Positions 27,087 to 32,000 of a stretch of 32,000 nt of DNA are shown here, one piece after another; positions within the stretch are counted from its first letter, which is position 1; the number at the start of each line of letters is the position of its first letter. Position numbers and translations under genes: made by a program. Below the pieces are notes generated by a model. The model made no database searches, was not told the origin of the DNA, and saw only the letters and a program-made list of their open reading frames with translations. The DNA is from Candidatus Kuenenia stuttgartensis (lineage in GTDB: Bacteria; Planctomycetota; Brocadiia; Brocadiales; Brocadiaceae). Location of the stretch: the NCBI RefSeq assembly GCF_900232105.1, contig NZ_LT934425.1:3300001-3332000 (forward strand), read 5' to 3'.

Positions 27087-27171
27087 CTATTCAGCGAAAA
27101 TAATTTAGAATTTGCTTGACAGCAGAAATGTTACAAACAAGCAATTTACCTGGTAGTGTATGTATATGTTT

Positions 27172-28390
27172 GTAAATGCGTTAAAACCAGGCAGCAAGAT
27201 GCCGTGCATAGAGACGTGTGTGGGGTCTGTTCAGTTATAGAATTTCGAGCCTTTGTGGTGTGTTATAGAGCGAAAGAAAAGGGTGAAAAAACCTGTGGTA
27301 TAATAGATGCAGTAGATAATTTCAGGCTAATTATACAGGTATCATCCATTGACGATAGAGAATATAGACGTAGACGCAACACTCCAAAAAGTAGAGAAGC
27401 TGCTTTCAGAAGAGAAAGGGCTGTCACCGGCGGTGAGGTCAATGATAGAGTTGTTGGCATTATTGATAACACTGCTGGTAGGACGTCTGAACCGGAACAG
27501 CCGCAACAGCAGCAAGCCTCCCTCAAGCGATCCGAATCGCAAGAAAGAAAGCAAGGCGAAGGGTGAAAGGAAGGCAGGCGGGCAAAAGGGCCGTGATGGA
27601 GTAACGCTCAAAAAGGTAGACAATCCTGATGAGGTGGAAGTAATAAAAGTAGATCGGAGGAAGTATCCGCGCAGCAAATACAAGGTGGTAGGTTACGAAG
27701 CACGCCAGGTGTTTGATATAAAGATTTCGCGTGTAGTAACGGAGTATCGTGCAGAGGTAGTAGAGGATGCGAAAGGGAACCGGATTGTAGCGTCATTTCC
27801 GGAAGGGGTAACAAAGGCGGTGCAGTATGGTCCGGATTTGAAAGCGCATGCAGTCTATATGTCGCAGTATCAATTGATACCCTACAAGAGGATACAGGAG
27901 TATTTTGAAGGACAGATTGGGATACCGCTGAGTGAAGGTTCTGTTTACAACTTTAACAGGGAAGCCTACGAGTCATTGGAACCCTTCGAAGTGAGAGCCA
28001 GGGAAGAACTTGCAAAATCAGAGGTGATGCATGTGGATGAAACTAGTATCAACAAGAATGGAGACAGGTATTGGTTGCACAGTGCATCCAATAGTTTGTG
28101 GACGTACTTTTTCCCGCATGAAAGACGTGGAACAGAAGCGATAAATAGTATCGGGATATTACCTGAATTTAAGGGGATTCTTTGCCACGACCATTTGAAG
28201 TCGTATTACACCTATAGCAACTGTACGCATGCGTTGTGTAATGCACACCACTTGAGGGAATTGGATGGTGTGTGGGAAGATGATAATAAGCAGGAGTGGG
28301 CGAAAGAGATGAAAGCATTACTTAAAGAGATAAACCGTGCGACGAGTGATGCCGGGGGAATGCTGGGTGCTAAGCCCCACAATAAATGAA
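27172..28390 (+). mobile_element. IS66-family element (single-ORF type), 3'-truncated
   Basis: The candidate left tip GTAAATGCG at 27172 resembles the GTAA-type IS66 ends and coincides with a rise in GC. The transposase ORF ends prematurely at 28389, next to a different element. Confidence 0.55.
27349..28389 (+). CDS. IS66-family transposase, C-terminally truncated
   Basis: Hallmark N-terminal region LLALLITLLVGRLNRNSRNSSKPPSSD, then VMHVDETSI and CNAHHLREL motifs. It has only 346 aa, whereas IS66 TnpC-type proteins are about 500 aa. TTG start is uncertain. Confidence 0.8.
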   Translation: MTIENIDVDATLQKVEKLLSEEKGLSPAVRSMIELLALLITLLVGRLNRNSRNSSKPPSSDPNRKKESKAKGERKAGGQKGRDGVTLKKVDNPDEVEVIKVDRRKYPRSKYKVVGYEARQVFDIKISRVVTEYRAEVVEDAKGNRIVASFPEGVTKAVQYGPDLKAHAVYMSQYQLIPYKRIQEYFEGQIGIPLSEGSVYNFNREAYESLEPFEVRAREELAKSEVMHVDETSINKNGDRYWLHSASNSLWTYFFPHERRGTEAINSIGILPEFKGILCHDHLKSYYTYSNCTHALCNAHHLRELDGVWEDDNKQEWAKEMKALLKEINRATSDAGGMLGAKPHNK

Positions 28391-28405
28391 CCTGGAATTC
28401 TCAGA

Positions 28406-28708
28406 TTAAGTGGAATTAATATATTGAGGTAAAACGGATTTTAGCAGATAGACAGCATCTGGGAAAGAGGAGTTGGAATCTACCATGACGATGTCGATGG
28501 TATTAAAGTTTTTTTTACAACGGAAACACCTGGCGAGGTTCGTATTTGGGTTGGTGGCGGAATTAAATTCAGAACAGAGAGGGCAGAGGAAGCGGAAATA
28601 GCCTTCGGAGTATTTATGAGGTATGGAGAGGACATCAGCGATGAGTCGATCGATGGGGATATCGTTTCGTAATGAGCGCAAGAGTTGAGGGGAAAAGAGA
28701 CGGGCCAT
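28406..28708 (-). CDS. Small CHC2-like (primase-type) zinc-finger protein
   Basis: 100 aa. CPLC-x16-CFRC followed by NTIDIVM resembles the DnaG-type zinc finger. It is the last gene of the transposon module, 11 nt after the ATPase gene. Confidence 0.55.
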   Translation of the reverse strand: MARLFSPQLLRSLRNDIPIDRLIADVLSIPHKYSEGYFRFLCPLCSEFNSATNPNTNLARCFRCKKNFNTIDIVMVDSNSSFPDAVYLLKSVLPQYINST

Positions 28709-28719
28709 GGTAGACCTCC

Positions 28720-29511
28720 TTAAAAAGATTGAATTTCAGCAAGAGCCTGATGGAAGATATCCTGGGTAATTTTCTGTGATTGTCTGATGGAAGCGTTAAT
28801 CAGGCAGGCGGTGGAAATGGCGTTGATTTGCCTTGGGATGCCGGCGGAGAACTCATGGATCAGGTCTTTGACGTCTGAGTCAAAGATTTTATCGGATGCG
28901 CCGGAAGATTTCAGATGGAAGTCTATGTATGCAGCGGTTTGAGTTTTAGTAAGGGGATGAATGTGGTAATGTACCGAGATGCGTTGTGCGAAGTCGGCAT
29001 GGATGTCTCTTTTGAGGATATATTTGAGGTGTTCCTGTCCCGAGAGGATGATTTTGAGATGAGTGGAAGAATCAAGCGGAGAGCTGACAAGGAGTCTGAG
29101 GTCTGTGATGGCGTCGGTTTTCAGGAGATGAGCCTCGTCGATAACGATAATGGGAGTGAGATTTGAGCGCAAGGATTTATCCATAATTTGGAGGAAGAGC
29201 CGGTCTTTGGTGTGTTTTGGTATTTCACCGAGCTGGGAGACGATTAAGGAGAGAAGGCTGGATGATTTTAGGTGGGTAAAATGGAGGTAGATGGGGAGAA
29301 ACAGGTTTTGGGGGATTTGTGAGAGGAAGAGTTTGAGGAGTGTGGATTTTCCGACTCCCGTCTGTCCGTAGAGGACGGCGATAGAGCCTGAGTGTAAGAG
29401 GTATTGGAGTCGTGCAAGCCCCTGGGTAAAGCGTTCGTCTTTCATGATAAGGCTGGTGTTGATTCTTTCAGAGAACGGCTGAGTAGTCATGGAAAAATGA
29501 GAAGTAAACAT
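28720..29511 (-). CDS. ExeA/TniB-like AAA+ ATPase (transposition helper)
   Basis: Walker A GQTGVGKST, Walker B IIVIDEAHLL. The ExeA-type opening FSMTTQPFSERINTSLIMKDERFTQGLARLQYLL. Separated by 2 nt from the transposase stop. Confidence 0.8.
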   Translation of the reverse strand: MFTSHFSMTTQPFSERINTSLIMKDERFTQGLARLQYLLHSGSIAVLYGQTGVGKSTLLKLFLSQIPQNLFLPIYLHFTHLKSSSLLSLIVSQLGEIPKHTKDRLFLQIMDKSLRSNLTPIIVIDEAHLLKTDAITDLRLLVSSPLDSSTHLKIILSGQEHLKYILKRDIHADFAQRISVHYHIHPLTKTQTAAYIDFHLKSSGASDKIFDSDVKDLIHEFSAGIPRQINAISTACLINASIRQSQKITQDIFHQALAEIQSF

Positions 29512-29513
29512 GG

Positions 29514-31074
29514 TTAAGAGACCTCCTTTTTCGAGTAAGCGATTTGTAATTCACGAATGATATAGGGTAAGGTTTTCACGGAGGCATTTTGGAATGCCTC
29601 CGTGAGCAATGATTCGTTGAGAGCGGGGATACGGTTGTAGCATTTTTTAAGCGATTCGAGTTCATGAGAGCTGAAGGCGGAGAGAGAGCCTTTGTGTCCC
29701 ATGAGGAGTGCGAGTTTCTGGACGAATGCCATGAATGGCCAGGGTCGTTCGGAGATGATTTGGTGGTAATCAATGCCTTTGGCCTGAGCCTGGAGAATGG
29801 ATTTGTGTTTCTGAGTGATAAGGTCGAGGTAATTATGTTTTGGTTTTGAAGGTGAGGCGGCTGGAGTTTCAGCGCCCTGGTCGCGCAGGTAGAGATTTCC
29901 CGAGCCGAGGTATTCACCGTTTGCGGAATAGATCAAGACCTTTTTGAGATCGCCGTATGGGTCGTAACGGACTTCTACTTTATCGCCTCTGAGTTTGGGG
30001 TCAACACGGTAAAAGCGGTTATCAATGCGGACATCGGCAAAGGTTCTGTCAACGGTTCTGGGGATGCGTTTCATGAAGAAGGCAAGAGCGGCGTCCATAT
30101 CGACGTGTCGGATGACGGTAAGCCCCTCGTCGTAGCGTTGTTTTGGAGATTGATTGGTTTCGGAGTGGATTCTTGCGTGATAGACAACGGCAAGGTAAGC
30201 GGAGAAGGCCTGGTTAATGGCATCAAGGGTGATAATGTCGCCGGAGCGGACTTCCGACTCGAACTGTGTCTGGCTGGTGCCGAAGAAACGTTCGACCAGT
30301 CCGCCGGGAGCAGGGTCGCGTGGTGGTCTGTGGATGAGTTTAATGCCGAGGTTGTAACAGGCAGAGCGCAGGGCGTCAGAGTGGTAGACCTTGGCATTGT
30401 CGAGGTAGAGTTCTTTGGGCGAGCCGTGGATAGTCCAGGCCCTGATGAGAGAATCGATAAGGATATCGAGGGTTTGTTTGAGATAATACCGTCCTTCGAC
30501 CACATAACGGCTGTAGCAGTCGATAAAGAGACAGAGGTTTGTGGGAAGCGCCTCGCCGTCAACGAGCACGAAAGGGCCTTCCTGGAAGTCGCCAATCCAG
30601 AGGTCGTGGGTATGCTCACGGCTAAGAGCGTATACGCACCTTTTGCTGTGAGACGCCGAGTTTGAGCCGGGTCGCCCCTGCGAGTCTGAGATGGCGGTAG
30701 AGGGTGGATTTGGGGATCGTTTTCCCATAGTATTTCTCAAGAAAGCGGTTGAGGCAATCGTCGCTGCGGCGTGGTTGTTCTTTTTTGAGTTCAACGGCTT
30801 TGTCGATAATTTCAGGAGAAAACCTTCTGGATGCGCCACGGTCGCTCCTCGCCTTTCTTGCAAGAGATTGAAATCCATCTTTGCGGTAGCGGTTGAGTTT
30901 TCTCCTGAGGGTAGAGATAGTGGGTCTTTTCCGCTTTCCGTTGGGGAATACGACCTCCTGAAGGCAGAGTTTTTTCAGAAAAAGGTTGGTCTGCTCCTTC
31001 TCAATCTCACCGAAGATGACAGGATGCAGAAGATTGCACCAGAATAAAGCCCATTTTTCGTCTTTCGATTTCAT
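29514..31074 (-). pseudogene. Mu/TniA-like DDE transposase, split by a +1 frameshift
   Basis: ORF 30622-31074 encodes the HTH N-terminus (ends ...GATRLKLGVSQQKVRIRS*). ORF 29514-30878 carries the rve core (DLWIGDF, YLDNAKVYHS, GGLVERFF) and a Mu-transposase C-terminal-like segment (GDKVEVRYDPYGDLKKVLIY). Its first 80 or so codons look like out-of-frame readthrough. The frames join near the A4 run (30641-30644). Confidence 0.75.
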
Positions 31075-31112
31075 AATTCACCTCCTTTTTTAAGTGTGGA
31101 GGTGATTGTAAC

Positions 31113-31751
31113 TCAAGACCAGCCGCTTTTTGTTGCCAGTTCGGGGAAAAATGAATGCCCAAAAATTCGGTGATATTCCGGCTCGGCGCTGAACAATTGA
31201 ATCGATTGATCGAGGGAGGTTTTTCGTTGTTTGCTTTTATACTTTCCGTGGTAAATGGGAAACATTTGGCGAAAAACCGGAGAGTTGGGGTCGGCCTGCC
31301 TGATGAGGTCAAAGGCGTTGCGGAGTGTGTATTTCAGTGAGCCAAAGAAACGCAGCCACCTCCAAACGGTTGACCAGGCAAGCATGCGGTTGTCTATTTC
31401 CTGTGTTCGGGTAGTATATCCGATGGCAGAGGAGACACTCCGGTAGGTTTCTGTATCATCTTTGACATAAGCCTGACTGAAGGAGAGACAGTGATCCTTT
31501 ACGTACCGCTTGTAAGGGAGCGCATACTCAGGATAGGAAGTAAACGTCTTCTTGCACAAGGAACATTTCCAACGTCCCAGGAAAGATTCTATCGTATGAA
31601 CAAGGGAGTCGATAATAACGTGAAACAACCGATATCTGCATTCATGAAGGGTGAAATTGACATGGGTACTCTTGCACTTTGGACAAAAGCATGGCTTCTG
31701 TTTTGTCGCAATAAGCTTTTCATGCTTGTGGATTTTTTCTATAATATTCAC
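31113..31751 (-). CDS. Zinc-ribbon protein (possibly DUF6431-like), first gene of the transposon module
   Basis: CFCPKC ... CSLCKKTFTSYPEYALPYKRY gives two CxxC pairs. GTG start at 31751 with AAGGAGG 6 nt upstream. The DUF6431 assignment is from memory only. Confidence 0.6.
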   Translation of the reverse strand: MNIIEKIHKHEKLIATKQKPCFCPKCKSTHVNFTLHECRYRLFHVIIDSLVHTIESFLGRWKCSLCKKTFTSYPEYALPYKRYVKDHCLSFSQAYVKDDTETYRSVSSAIGYTTRTQEIDNRMLAWSTVWRWLRFFGSLKYTLRNAFDLIRQADPNSPVFRQMFPIYHGKYKSKQRKTSLDQSIQLFSAEPEYHRIFGHSFFPELATKSGWS

Positions 31752-31780
31752 GCACTGCCTCCTTTGTATAGGGGGGAAAT

Positions 31781-31832
31781 GGGCAGGAGGATGAAGTTTC
31801 CCAACGTTCGGTCCTCCTGCCCTGAGTTTTTT
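31781..31832 (+). terminator. Perfect 11-bp GC-rich hairpin plus T-run upstream of the transposon's first gene
   Basis: gggcaggagga (31781-31791) pairs with tcctcctgccc (31812-31822), followed by tgagtttttt. The terminator polarity is on the + strand, that is, outward-facing relative to the element's genes. Confidence 0.5.
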
Positions 31833-32000
31833 ATGTTCCGGAAAAATCTTACAAAACTTGTCCTCGTGAAAACGGGGAACTGGGAAGTAAACCGCCGTTA
31901 GGAAGTTTGGAAGTGGTTTTAACCCCTTCCAAACTATTTAATGAGGCTTTACTCCGCCTTACGGACGGAACTTCTTTCTAACGGGGTAAACGATGTATTT

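Larger units (their letters stand above)
28391..32000 (-). mobile_element. Mu/Tn552/Tn7-like transposon module (four genes); right boundary not reached within the window
   Basis: Co-directional, tightly packed genes: zinc-ribbon protein, DDE (rve + Mu-transposase C-terminal-like) transposase, ExeA/TniB-like AAA+ ATPase, small zinc-finger protein. GC is higher than in the rest of the window. Termini are not defined. Confidence 0.6.

Noticed and set aside
27156-27683. ORFs 27156-27566 (+), 27263-27526 (-) and 27342-27683 (-) around the IS66 5' region
   Set aside because: They overlap the IS66 transposase reading frame or its leader. The R/E/Q- or S/L-rich translations are typical of off-frame reading of this purine-rich DNA.
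28426-28437. gaggtaaaacgg near the left edge of the island as a possible terminal repeat matching ggggtaaacg at 31983-31992
   Set aside because: The two words are in the same orientation, not inverted, and the left one lies inside the coding region of the small zinc-finger gene. It is likely coincidence, so the element's termini remain undefined.
29576-30665. ORFs 29576-29917 (-), 30071-30619 (-), 30105-30665 (+) and 29664-29849 (+) within the transposase gene
   Set aside because: These are alternate-frame or antisense ORFs favoured by the higher GC content of the island. The DDE motifs are only in the 29514-30878 frame.
1-32000. Scan for CRISPR arrays, tRNA genes (T-arm GTTCGAATC-like boxes) and rRNA
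   Set aside because: I saw no regularly spaced direct repeats and no tRNA- or rRNA-like conserved segments. A by-eye scan can miss tRNAs, so tRNAscan-SE or Infernal should confirm this.

Overview
This is an AT-rich bacterial chromosomal window, roughly 40% GC by eye. It has a housekeeping backbone interrupted by several insertion sequences. The 3' end (about 27.2-32.0 kb) is a more GC-rich mobile-DNA island.

Backbone genes:
- a partial sensor histidine kinase and an SDR epimerase
- rplM-rpsI
- a FabZ-like dehydratase and a HAD hydrolase
- prfC
- a proS-DUF4416-ndk operon
- def-fmt-DUF116-rsmB
- a pirin

Accessory content:
- an IS1634-family element nested inside an IS630-family element
- a second IS630-family element whose transposase has an unusually long D-to-E spacer
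- three small secreted c-type cytochromes, two with a single C-terminal CXXCH (four-helix-bundle type) and one class I
- a terminator-insulated, very AT-rich orphan cassette (839-aa helical protein plus a 178-aa protein)
- a RIC-like di-iron (DUF1858 + hemerythrin) operon
- a frameshifted HEPN-like gene
- a truncated IS66-family element abutting a four-gene Mu/Tn7-like module: zinc-ribbon protein, frameshifted DDE transposase, ExeA/TniB-like AAA+ ATPase, CHC2-like zinc-finger protein

I recognised no rRNA, tRNA or CRISPR array. The cytochrome content, IS load and composition suggest an anammox-type planctomycete, but that is inference only. All calls rest on reading the supplied translations and the DNA by eye. 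No database search was run.
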